The position numbers were made by a program, and so were the translations under genes. A stretch of DNA of 62,861 nucleotides, filler included, from Hausera hauseri (taxonomy: Eukaryota), in assembly GCA_046269625.1 (NCBI GenBank). It is 11 parts of 11 records of this genome, joined end to end, with 100 filler letters (N's around TTAATTAATTAA, not from the genome) between each part and the next. Parts side by side here need not be neighbours in the genome. Positions count along the whole stretch, not along the records: positions 1 to 8,871 come from JBJURY010515459.1; positions 8,972 to 14,554 come from JBJURY010226186.1; 9 more parts are not named here. The stretch is one strand, 5' to 3'. Below the pieces are notes generated by a model. It worked only from the letters and a program-made list of their open reading frames with translations, was not told the DNA's origin and made no database searches. Of this stretch, positions 1 to 10,728 are shown piece after piece. How positions within the stretch are numbered: the stretch's first letter is position 1; the number at the start of each line of letters is the position of its first letter.

Positions 1-166
1 CAAAGGTCCAAAAAGGAAATATTAATGGACGCATTAAAGCAGCAGGAAACGTTAAGCATCAGCAAGCCTTGACGAATACTTTGAAAACAACACAAGTCAG
101 AAACAGCAGCAGCAGAAGGAAGGCGAACCGCCCATTACTGTCAAATACCATCTGAACAGATCGTAC

Positions 167-3100
167 GTGGACATGAAGGTTGACATGTCGGCGAAAACAG
201 CAACGCAATTGAAGGATGTACCCGCTAATGTGCGTAACCAGTTGAAATCAGAGGTGGCCAAATTACAACAACATCACTGCAAAGTGCAATATTATACACT
301 TGCAAAATTTGAAAATCTGCAGCGTGACAGGAAACAATGGTACCTGTCACATCGAGCCGTACCATACTCTGAGGATTTTACTGCCGATGTAGGCGAAAGG
401 CTTCACGAAAAAATCGCCAACTACACCAAAAAGGACAGTGGTTGGCGAATTGTAAAGATTGTCACTCTCGGCTTTATTTTGACCAAGACGAGTGACATGA
501 TTTACCTGTCTGGACGTTCATTCATACCGACACCTGCATCCTTGAAGCTGTCTCTAACGGTAGTGAACGTACAAAATACTAACGACGAATACTGCTTTAT
601 TTACAGCATTCTGGCCATATTGAAATATGGTCAAGTGTCCAGACATCATGCATATTGTCCAGAGCAGTACAGTAAGTATTTCTCAGAATTCGACTACAAT
701 GAGTGTTGAATGCCCATGAAACTCAAAACCATTCCGGCATATGAACGACGTAATCCGACAATGAAAATCAACGTTATCCTATACAACAATCGTAGAAATA
801 CCAGCAGACGAAGAAATACAAAAACCCACACGTGGATATAATTTATCGCAGTCGGAACCCGAATGGACGCTCGGTAAATTTGTTGATCTTGGAGCAAGTA
901 GATAAATTTCACTACATGACAGTAACCAACTTGGACAGACTGCTGAACATAGATCACCACCAATTCATCAAAAAGCGTATAAATTGTAAATGATGCCCTA
1001 CATGTCTGCATGGTTTCAGACCGAAAACAACATGGGAAAAACACGTGGCGCTGTGCAGACAAAATACATTAGGGACAATAATGTACGTCATGCCAGTCAT
1101 AAAAAGCTGAGATTCAGTGACTGGTCGAAAACAGACTGTCCGGCATATGTGGTATGGAGACAGCGTGCGCATCCACGCCGTCCACGTCATCGCCCAGCTT
1201 GGGTAGGGTTGGAAAATACCCGCCCTCTGGCATGTCTGCTGAATCAGAATTGGATCATTTGAAATTACTCATTGATAAGTAAACGCCAGTTGTAGAAAAT
1301 TTTTATTGTAATTCAAAATACTTATTTGGAAACAAAAATTCTAAATTTAAATTATACTTTTAATATTACACTTCTAAATTAAATTTAAAATTTAAAAATG
1401 TTTCGAATTTAAATTTAGAATTTCCGTTCTCGATTATATCCTCACATGGTATATGCCGATATCAAGGAAATCCTAGCGCGATATAAAGTATTCGACCAAA
1501 AGCACATTCCAATCGCCGTCGGTATGTTGGTTGTTCCAATAAAAGCCGCCGGACAACTGCAATATTACATTTTTCATGGCTGGAACTGTATACGCGATTT
1601 CCTGCAACAGTTGGAAACGAAAGTGGAAACGGAAATCGCACTGTGATACAGAAACAATAGCACTTAGCCCTTAATATGGACAGATAAATATGAACCGCTG
1701 CTTTTCGCTGCCACCGATGAATGTTACTACTGTGACAAAATATTGCCTTTTGATGCACAGAAACGGCTCATACCGGACCACGATTATTTCACCTGGGAGC
1801 AGCATGCAACGCATGCAATTTAACAAGGTGTGTGCGGCCATTCCTACCGGTGATCTTCATAATTTCCGAGGTTATGATTATCACCATATACTGAAATGGG
1901 CCATCAACGGATTTCTGCACTGGAAACTGTCCACAATCGCAAGGATAATGAAGAAATACCTATCCTGTCAGCAAGCATAAACCGGTTCCAGGTACGCTTC
2001 CTTTATTCATTGCAATTTCTCAATGAATCATTGGCAAAGCTGGTAAATGCCTTGCCGGATGTGCCGATAACCTCAACGCACTTCCCCACACATTACACGC
2101 AGCAAAGGCATATTTCCATATGACTTTGCAACATCATATGAGGACTCCAGACAGCAAAGGAATTACCACCGCGATGGACAGGCATCACAATGAGATGAAT
2201 ATCGTAAAGCACAAGAAGCTCGGACAGAACTGGGCTTTAGAAACATGTTGGATTACATGCTCCAATATCTTAAACTGTACGAGTATTTATTAGCCGATGT
2301 GTTGCAGGCCTTTCGAGCTAAAGCTTTGGCGGAAGATAGGCTGTAGCCACTCAACTTTTACTCAATACCCATAATGAGTTGGGCATCAGCTCTTATATCA
2401 CTGAATCGGGATATCGAGCTATTGTAAGACCCGGAAATGTACCGAATGTTTGACGTTAATATTCGTGGCGGCATGACATTTGTCAACAAGCATCACGTAA
2501 CCAGTGATGATACCACATCACTGTTGTATATCGACATTAATAATCTGTACGGCTGGGCGCTTTCGCAACCCTTGCCGTACGGTTCATTCGAATGGGTAGT
2601 CGACAAACAGGATCTCGACACAATACTGGAAAATCTGCCGAGAGCAAACACGACAGCAAAAAACAACTCAATAGGATACCTGATGGAAGTCGATCTCGTG
2701 GTACCAGATAAGCTGCATGACTTTTTGGATGAACTGCCCGTCGCAACAATTAGCCAATGTCCTTCGGGCTCGAAGGTGAAGAAGCTGCTTATTACGCATG
2801 AACCCAAGCAAAATTACATAGTTCATTGGCATCTGTTGCAATTTAACATGCCGTTGGGTGTACGCGCCACACGGCTACATCGCACAATCCGATATGCTCA
2901 GGCCCTCATATTCAAAGCGTACATAGAAATTCGGAGAAATGAGCCGCAGTTCGTACAAAGTTCGAAAAGGACTACTACAAGCTGAAAAACAATTCCCTGT
3001 ACGGAGAAAGTGGAGAATCTGAAAAAGCGGCTCAATGTACGCCTATGCAATAGGGAAAAGCGGTTGATCACGTACACGAGCAAGGCACAGTTCAGGCGGT

Positions 3101-3737
3101 CAATGCGCATTGCCGATAAACTGGTTGCCGTGCATTTAAACAGAGAAGTCGTACTGGACCGGCCAAGCTATATAGGACAAGTGTTATTGGATCTGAGCAA
3201 GTTGCAAATATATGAGCTGCAGTATCGCGATTTGGCATGTAACCGGCAAATGTTCGGCGGCAGGATCAATATAATTGCCGGTGACACTTTTTTCTTGAAA
3301 CTAAAAAACGTCAATCGCGAACAAGTACTGCAGCAAATGATGCCAGACGGATTACTGGACACGTCCAATTACCCACAGAATCATCCACTGTACAGCAATG
3401 CCATAATAAACAAAATAGGCTGCTTCAAGGATGAAAGTGAAGGTCGGGTTCTGTATTGGGAATGGATATTTCTACGGCCAAAATGTTAGTCTTTTAACTA
3501 ACGGTGGACCCAAAATGCGAACCAAAGGAGTTCAGTTGGCCCAGACGGAAATAAATCACGGTGATTATCGCCGTGTCTGTGAAAAAGGAGGACAATCAAC
3601 ACCTGTTGTCTCAAACGATCATACGATCGATAGAGCACCAGCCGTATACGGCGACTAATACAAAAGTCGCTTTATCATGCAATGAAGATAAGTGTAAGTG
3701 GGTGAGGAGGAATAAGAGTTGGGCGTACGGACATTGA
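167..3737 (+). pseudogene. Protein-primed B-family DNA polymerase (pPolB), frameshifted, with OTU-like N-terminal motif and endonuclease VII-like Zn region
   Basis: NTNDEYCFIYSILA, HNFRGYDYH (exonuclease), IRGGMTFV, YIDINNLYGWALSQPLPYG, KNNSLYG, IAGDT, GCFKDE, C-terminal AYGH; many stops and frameshifts. Confidence 0.93.
1155..1446 (-). mobile_element. Solo LTR (292 bp) inserted in pPolB
   Basis: TG...CA ends with 5-bp TSD TGGTA (1150-1154 and 1447-1451); absent from the homologous pPolB copy near 26995; AATAAA on the minus strand. Confidence 0.85.
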
Positions 3738-3991
3738 CGTTTCCAATAAAACACGCATGAATTCGGTCTGATGATACAGACAGATCAAATTACTGTAACA
3801 ATTCATTGTAGTCTGTTTGTTATGTATAAATAATGTATATTGTTCGTTGTTTTTGCCTTTTGTTTTATTATCATTTAATTTATCTATATACATTCACATT
3901 TACCTTAATGTGACGAAAAACAACATGAAAAACAAATAAAACAAATAAAATTTATTAATCATCATAAGCTAAAATCAAAAACAAAGTAAGT

Positions 3992-4447
3992 CAAATCAGC
4001 GTAAAGTTTCCCAGCTTCCATATTGGTGATTTCACGCCGTGAATATCCTTGTATCCTTTCAACTTCAATGTTAGATGTATTTTAGGTCCTTCCGGTGGCA
4101 AAACTGCTTTTGCTGCTGCTGTTTCTCAACCATGTGAACTGACAATTTTCGTCATATTTCCTTTGAGAAAAATCGACGATGTACCTCGGATATCGTTAGT
4201 CAACACCAAATCACTGTCAACTTTTCTAATTGTCTTCCATTGTATCCAGATCATCGTCGCTGATCTATTTCACCAATAGACCATATTTCACCGGTTTGAT
4301 TTTGACTGTTTGCGTCAATGGCAATTGAGTAGCGTTGCACAAATAATGTAAGTCGTATCCATTATACAACCGGGAATTTCTGAGCGAATATTCGCTGTAC
4401 CGTGGCTTTTTGAGAGACTCACCTGCTGAATTGTTTTCCAAAGGCAT
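3992..4447 (-). pseudogene. Unknown Maverick accessory gene, paralog A (possibly OB-fold SSB-like)
   Basis: MPLENNS... continues through stops and a frameshift to KIHLTLKLKGYKDIHGVKSPIWKLGNFTLI*; similar to 6302-6680; TATA box upstream. Confidence 0.55.
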
Positions 4448-4607
4448 TGTTTAAGGAAGACAAACGTGAAGTGAAATTGCATCTCTATTTATATCAAAGG
4501 TTTGTTTTCATTGCAAACAATAGACATTTACTTTGTGAATATTGTCTCATATCAATGATACAAATTACCTCCACGTCATTGAAGCCCATGTTCCGTTATT
4601 GAAGAAT

Positions 4608-5069
4608 TCATTCGTAATAAATGTGTACAATTTCCATTATAGCGCATTTACATTGTGGAAATTGGTGGGTTAATTTGGTGGAACACATTTGACAAACAAC
4701 GAGATGGCCACACATTAAGAATACGGTATCCACTTTTCTTTGTTTACATAGTATACACATAAACTTACAGTCTCGTACTTTGTCCATTATTTTCGCTTTT
4801 AAGTTCATTAATTCACCGCGTACCTTTTCAACAGCATTAAAGTAATTTGTATCGTACAATCGGTAAATGTTCATTTGATTTAAGACAATAATTAGATTTT
4901 CTATAGAGCTACAATCTGTTGCTGTCATCAATGCTATTGACGCTAAATCTTCTTCAAATCCAAAATCACCTGCTGCTCTCGTAACCAGTACTTGCCACCA
5001 TCGTACCAAGTCTGAAATTGATAATCCATCAAAATTGTGCAATTGCTTCAGTTGATTAAGTATTTCCAT
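4608..5069 (-). CDS. RING-finger protein with C-terminal IAP/MDM2-type RING (putative E3 ligase)
   Basis: CILC...VFLMCGHLVVCQMC...FPQC at the extreme C-terminus (one Cys replaced by Phe); helical N-terminal region. Confidence 0.8.
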   Translation of the reverse strand: MEILNQLKQLHNFDGLSISDLVRWWQVLVTRAAGDFGFEEDLASIALMTATDCSSIENLIIVLNQMNIYRLYDTNYFNAVEKVRGELMNLKAKIMDKVRDCKFMCILCKQRKVDTVFLMCGHLVVCQMCSTKLTHQFPQCKCAIMEIVHIYYE

Positions 5070-5194
5070 GATTATTATTATTATTACTATAACCTACTCG
5101 TATTTATAGTTTTTGAACTATTCAACTGACCAATACGGTTAAACATGTCGCGGACCTTATTTACAGAAAGAAAAAAAGAAACAAAGAAATACAT

Positions 5195-5680
5195 TTATTT
5201 GCATGAAATATAGTCAATACAAAGCCGTAGACATTTTTGAAAGCACAATGTGGTCCTTGATCACGATAGACACATCTAATATTGTCAGGTACCATCGCCA
5301 GCAAGCTGTTCGATGTTGAATACGTAGTCATTCGCAACTCAGGAAATTGTGAATGGATTTGTGTAAAGCTTTATCCATCAATTTGATCTTTAATGTAAAA
5401 TATTGTATTTTCAATGTCAAAACGATCATAAATCTCTCCCATAATGCACGTCACAGAAAATTGAATCGCCTTCATACCAATGAAGTCCATCACGATGTCG
5501 AAAGAGAAATCCGTTCGTAAAATTCGCTTTTTCCGTCAGATAATTCCACACAACACCGGGTTTGAATACGCACACAAGCGGTTTGAAAATGTTACCGACG
5601 TCCATAATGCATAATTCCTTTATTAAGTACCGGGCATTAATATCTTGGAAAGCTTCAATATTCATAAATTCTGTCGCCAT
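5195..5680 (-). pseudogene. DEDD-like exonuclease-fold protein of a family common in Mavericks, frameshifted
   Basis: NIEAF...IKELCI...FKP..W..L...TNGFL..HRDGLHWYEG, then in another frame C..RDQGPHCAFKNV. Confidence 0.6.
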
Positions 5681-5754
5681 TACTTATCATGTACAAAATC
5701 ATTTTTTGTTTATAACACAAGAAAAACAACTAACTATTATTATTATCTCAATGA

Positions 5755-6230
5755 TTAAACATAGGTGGTTTTGTCCATATCACCAAAGCCAAATTCTTTG
5801 CGTTCATTTAGTGTCGATTCATTGACACAAAACAATCCCATTGTTCCGGTGACATTACACTGAATTCCGCCTCTTCACATCGAAGAAAAACGATTTCTGC
5901 GATTGCACTGCCTTTCGAAAAAGCACACGTTTCTCCGGATTGGTTTTCCAGCAACACCTTAATTTCATCACAAAAGTCTGAATCAATGACACTGCTGCCG
6001 CCCACAACCGTCAGTTCGAGCTTTGCCAATCCGCTTTTCGATAAAAGTTGGCCGTAGTAACCGGGTGGAATCGCCAATCGAATCCCAGTCGTTATACATT
6101 TGATTGTGCTATCTGCAATTGTCGTATTGTCATTGGAAAACACATCGTAGCCGGCACTGTTTGCCGTAACAAGTCTCGGTACAGAGGCATTTTCGTCTGT
6201 TAAAATAATCTTTACATCATTCATTATCAT
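5755..6230 (-). pseudogene. dut: Trimeric dUTPase, frameshifted before motif V
   Basis: SAGYDV, TGIRLAIPPGYYGQLLSKSGLA, VIDSDF.DEIKVLL, IAEIVF; motif V ERKEFGFG lies in a shifted frame at about 5780-5806. Confidence 0.9.
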
Positions 6231-6301
6231 TATTCTTATACCAATATTAAAATTACACGTATATTTATACTTGTAATATACGTGTAGAAGAACAACAATA
6301 T

Positions 6302-6680
6302 TTATTGACAATTAAAATATGCTTCACCTACATGCCAAATCGGGATTTTGAAACTGACTTTTTCCTTGTATCCTTGCAATTCAGTGTTCAGTCGACACTT
6401 TAAACAGCCATCATCATTGGGTACATTAGACATTTCGCGACCGACAAAATGAAACAATTTCGTTTTCTGAGTCGGTAAAACGACAGACTGTTGTTCCTTT
6501 TTCGTTTCCAGAAAATCGCCATTAGAAGGTTTTTCTAATTGTTGGAGATTCTGTTTTCGTTTCCAGAAATTTGACATAAGAATTGTCCTTTTTGTAGCCA
6601 AACAACCACGACCAATCTGAACTTTTATCATTCTCACAACCATCATCATTGAGTAGAATAGTTTTGTCGTCGTCCTCCAT
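6302..6680 (-). pseudogene. Unknown Maverick accessory gene, paralog B (possibly SSB-like)
   Basis: MEDDDKTILL... frameshift ...LKCRLNTELQGYKEKVSFKIPIWHVGEAYFNCQ*; TATAAATA 39 nt upstream. Confidence 0.55.
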
Positions 6681-6739
6681 GACAGTAATGTCTGAATAAC
6701 CATGGGAATGGTATTTATAGTTTGTTGTGCAATGTACAT

Positions 6740-7206
6740 CATTTTGATTCACTAAAACATTTATGTGGTTATTAATTTGATTAATAATCGTTTCATACTC
6801 CACTGTCCGAATACCGAGTACAACAATTTTTCCACTGCTAAACATATTGACACAAAGTGGGCGAAACAATGTCAGTTTCAGTGAGGGAAACAGTTCGGGT
6901 TCATATGTACATTCAATGACCATTGTTAATTCGTACAGATTGATTGTTTGATGGTAGTCTAACTGAGTCGTTACCGTTATTGATTGAATTTGGTCAATGA
7001 CAATTCCGAATGGCACTAGTTTATTGTTACTGTCAGCTGTGATTGGATTGCGACAACACATAATACGACACTTTCCCGATTGAAATGATTCATGCAAAAT
7101 CCGGTGGACACTTGAGGACATACTTCCTTGGCTTCCATTGATTAAAAGGTAGTGTGTTAATGTCACACTCAGTAACATATCCGCGGTAATTGATATTAGC
7201 TAACAT
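6740..7206 (-). pseudogene. TATA-binding-protein-like (TBP/TRF fold) gene encoded by the Maverick, one frameshift
   Basis: Repeat 2: IQSITVT..L...INLYEL....CTYEPELFPSLKLTLFRPLCVNMFSSGKIVVLG; repeat 1: MLANINYRG...KPRKYVL.../FQSGKCRIM; no introns. Confidence 0.82.
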
Positions 7207-7307
7207 AATGTAAACAGTGTTTATACCATAGCTATTTATATGCATGTAACACGATTATAAACTAATCATGTGAGGAAAGGTTGTATTGTTATTATTATTA
7301 GACGAAG

Positions 7308-7958
7308 ATGCAAAATGATGCAATTTTCCAGATTACAGGCCCCAGTGAAAGTGGTAAAAAGCACATTGTGTAAACTATTGTAGAATTACCGTGAAATGTT
7401 CCATTCACCTCGGTATAATCACATTTATTGGCATTAGGGTGTTGGTGACAATAGTGAGTCCGGTTTGACACATCGGTAATTTTGTAAATCAAAATCGATA
7501 ACGGTAATTGATGGGCTTGAAAAGAACTGGTCAGAGAGGTTACGCAACGGTGACGTTATTGTCATTGACGATTTATTTCAGTAAGCCACGAAACAATCGG
7601 ACTTCAACAACCTGTCATGAAGATTGCACGACACCGTAGTGTGACGGTTATTTGCATTACGCAAAACATGTTCCATCATGGCGGACAACATCGAACAAGA
7701 AATCGAAATGGACACTATTTGGTGTTGTTCAAAAATCCCCGTGATCAGATTATCATTGATTATGTTGCACGACAAGCATTTCCTCACAACCGAGCCTACT
7801 TGATAGATGCATATCATGATGCTACGCGCAAACCGCATGGATATCTGTTTATTGACTTTCCACAACAGTGTCCCGACGACATGCGTGTACGAACAGACGT
7901 TTTCAATCAGAAGAGTGGTGTATGTGTCTACAAACAAATTCGAAAATCGACGACATGA
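7308..7958 (+). pseudogene. A32/FtsK-like genome packaging ATPase
   Basis: Walker A ITGPSESGK, Walker B VIVIDD, RHRSVTVICITQNMF, YLVLFKNPRD, AYHDATRKPHGYLFID. Confidence 0.92.
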
Positions 7959-8218
7959 TTATGATAAAAAACAAAATGAAGAATTTCCGAAAAACAATTG
8001 TTAAACCTAAACAATATACTACCAAGCGGGTATCCGGCATGAAACGCGTATCAAAACGAACCACCTCTACAGTCAAGCGATTAATCAATTCTGTGCTTCG
8101 TCGAACAGCAACATCAGCACCCCTCGTCGCAAATTACTTTCAACGTGGCAACGGTTATAAACAACTACGTCTCATTAACATCAATACGTCCACAAAAAAG
8201 CATGCGATTCAAACATAG
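7955..8218 (+). CDS. Small basic (K/R-rich) putative virion core protein
   Basis: Highly basic; QRGNG motif resembling adenain-cleaved Maverick core proteins; lies between ATPase and integrase. Confidence 0.5.
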   Translation: MIMIKNKMKNFRKTIVKPKQYTTKRVSGMKRVSKRTTSTVKRLINSVLRRTATSAPLVANYFQRGNGYKQLRLININTSTKKHAIQT

Positions 8219-8527
8219 TCAGCCGTACTTTATTGCTTTGCTCAAAGAACCTACAAGACATAAGCGAAACATGCTACGATCATTCCCACATTTCGTAGTA
8301 GACGATTTGATGGAAATTTTGTACAATATCATTGTGGGTCACGTTGACATTGAAATGGAAAGCTGAATTTACTAAAGTATCGAAAACGACTCATTGGCCT
8401 TGACAACGCTGGTAGTAAACGACTGAAAAGAGAGGTTATGTACCAGCAAGACGGCGGATTCCTTGGTGCAATTCTACGAATTGTCGCGTCATTAGTGGGT
8501 GGACTTATTGGTTCTGCAACAACATGA
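8202..8527 (+). pseudogene. Maverick conserved small protein with C-terminal QxGGF amphipathic helix (core/membrane-active protein-like)
   Basis: MRFKHSQPYF...LMEILYNII.G / ...KREVMYQQDGGFLGAILRIVASLVGGLIG. Confidence 0.65.
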
Positions 8528-8680
8528 TAGTATAAACAATGACGGTAAGTATATGATTATTCGACAATATGGGTGCATGGTTTTCATCTTTCTGTCCTAG
8601 GTTACCGAATCTTTCATTTACGCTTCATTCTAATTGTTGTAATGCAAGCAAACCCGACACCATCGACGGAAACACTGACA

Positions 8681-8871
8681 ATGGGCGACGTGTGGTTCAA
8701 CCCGCGTCATCCCGTCGGCTATACTGGTGTCGACAAACTGGCAAAGACTGTCAAACAGTCTCGGCAACAGACCCAACGTTGGCTCGGGAAACATTTAGCA
8801 TACAGCCTAAACAAACCGATAAGAAGGCGGTTTCCAACTCGTGCATACCGTGCTGCCGGTGTAAATAATGT
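8681..8871 (+). CDS. Maverick retroviral-like integrase, N-terminus (cut by contig end)
   Basis: WFNPRHPVGYTGVDKL...QRWL...AYSLNKPIRRRFPTR, typical of the Polinton integrase N-terminus. Confidence 0.85.
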
Positions 8872-8971
8872 NNNNNNNNNNNNNNNNNNNNNNNNNNNNN
8901 NNNNNNNNNNNNNNNTTAATTAATTAANNNNNNNNNNNNNNNNNNNNNNNNNNNNNNNNNNNNNNNNNNNN
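8872..8971. other. Artificial contig linker (also at 14555, 18907, 23338, 28958, 34945, 43083, 48355, 53527, 58473; each 100 bp)
   Basis: 44 N + TTAATTAATTAA (stops in six frames) + 44 N, repeated identically ten times. Confidence 0.99.
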
Positions 8972-9920
8972 GGATGAGGTCCGCATCAGGCGTGGGGAAA
9001 GCGAGAATATAGACGGTCTTAATTCATTCGCGTAGCATATCAAACTAATCAACCAGATCAGATATCCACTGGATTGGCTAATATTTTTGCCGCCGCTTAA
9101 GGGAGCAAATTATGCGGTAAGTTCAGAGAAGTACGGTACATACTTGTGAACGAAGTGCAACGTTCCCAAAAAACTCCTCATTTCTGTTTCTGCTCGAGGT
9201 AGTCGTATACTTTTGACAGCTTCAACACGTTCTTGCTGAGGAGAATGACCATTTGCTGAAATGATGTGTCCGAAAAAGTCAATACGCTTTTGGAAGAAGT
9301 GACATTTCGTAAAAATAATTTGTAAATTATGGTGGTTAACTCGTTGAAAAATAGAACAAAGGTGTTCGTTATGTTGTTTGGTTGAAGACGAAGCAATCAA
9401 GATATCGTCGATATATAGATGCGCGAAAGTGAAATCCGAGAGGATGGAATCGATGTGACGTTGGAAAGTCTGTGCAGCGTCGCGTAAACCAAAAGGCATA
9501 TAAATGTATTCGTACAGGCCGAAAGGTGTCGTAACGGCAGTTTTTTCGATGTTCTCGGGTGCTACCGGAATTTGATGATATGCCTTGGCTAAGTCTATGG
9601 TTGAATATACTGTAGTGGAATTAAGCCGGTGCAGGATATTCTTAATTAGTTGTAAAGGGTTTACATCCATAACAGTCAAAATGTTTAGTTGACAGTAATC
9701 ACTGCATTGTCGGAAGGATCCATCTGTTTTTGGACAACTTGCAAAGGCGAAGATCACGGCGATTTAGATCTGCGTACAATGCCGGAACGTTCAAGGTCTA
9801 GAAATTCCGCTTCGACATATTGCCTACGACGAGGTGACAATGGACGTACCTTTTGACAATAGGCTTTTGGTGTTGCGTTATGATGTGATGAAAAGTGCTG
9901 TTTGTGAATATAAAAGTTCG
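8972..9920 (-). pseudogene. Gypsy reverse transcriptase and connection region
   Basis: GIVRRSKSP, DGSFRQCSDY..LN, YIDD, RSFLG. Confidence 0.92.
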
Positions 9921-10227
9921 GTTCTTCTGGATTAAGCAGGGACATGAAGTGTGTATGTATTTCCGTAGACTTGAGGCAATTGCGAGGGATTGGGTGGTGG
10001 TGATGGTGTTGAGTCAATATGTGTAGTGACGAGTGATGTTTGCGAATTATTGAGTATCTGGTGTAGGATAGTAGTATTAAAAATAGTGTTTGAAGAGGTA
10101 ATTTTGTCTAGCGATTGCACCGAACCAACAAAACCGCAGCTATCAGTACCAAATCTCGACTGAATATCGATATTATCATTAAAATATTTACGAAATGAAA
10201 AATGCTTGTTGAAGAGGTTTTGATTAC

Positions 10228-10728
10228 TTACAGGATTTTTGAGTATAGGCTTCCGCGGGAAGATCGTTTGCGCCTTAGGGAGATACTATTTATTCGCTCG
10301 GTAAGATGTCCTGTAGTGCTACGCTTCAGACATTGTTGTTTGCAATCATCTAAAAGATTATAGTGCGATAAGAAATCCGAACCTAGGATTGCTGTGCAGA
10401 CGTTAGCAACGGTAAACGTCCAATGAAACGTGGACTGAAAGTTTGGTAAGGTGAACGACAATTTAGATGTACCTGAAATGTATATCGGTCCTCCTGAAGC
10501 CGTAAATAACAATTTAGCTTTGAATGGTGAATGTTTTATAGGGGAAATGAGTGGTAGGAAAGAAACTTCAGCGCCTATGTCCATAAGGAAATCTATGGAT
10601 TGAATTGTTGGTGTGGTTATCGAAACCTTTAGTGTAAAGACTGCAAAAGAAGTGTGTCGGAAGGTAGTATTAGAGAAGTTGCCTTTGCAAGTCTCTGCCG
10701 TGAGTACTGGCGGCGAGATTAGTTTTTT
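10228..10728 (-). pseudogene. Aspartic protease, entered by a -1 frameshift at slippery A AAA AAC (10728-10722)
   Basis: Slippery heptamer immediately before the gag stop; the -1 frame is open into FLMDIGAEVS...ILGSDFL. Confidence 0.8.

Larger units (their letters stand above)
4485..7262 (-). promoter_or_regulatory. Series of TATA boxes, one per accessory gene (minus strand 4493, 5108, 5714, 6269, 6719, 7240; plus strand 7256)
   Basis: TATAAA(T/C)A starts 46, 39, 34, 39, 39 and 34 nt upstream of ATGs at 4447, 5069, 5680, 6230, 6680 and 7206; TATAAAC 52 nt upstream of the ATPase ATG. Confidence 0.75.
1..8871 (+). mobile_element. Maverick/Polinton (adintovirus-like) endogenous element, partial and decayed: pPolB - accessory cassette - ATPase - core proteins - integrase
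   Basis: Co-occurrence of pPolB, A32-like ATPase, QxGxG/GGF core proteins and a Polinton-type integrase N-terminus. Confidence 0.92.

Noticed and set aside
6522-7178. 218-aa ORF as a single TBP fusion protein
   Set aside because: An internal TATA box (6719) and ATG (6680) indicate read-through into a separate gene
8872-8971. Recurrent TTAATTAATTAA motif and ORFs ending XXXLIN
   Set aside because: Artificial linker; gene adjacency across linkers is meaningless
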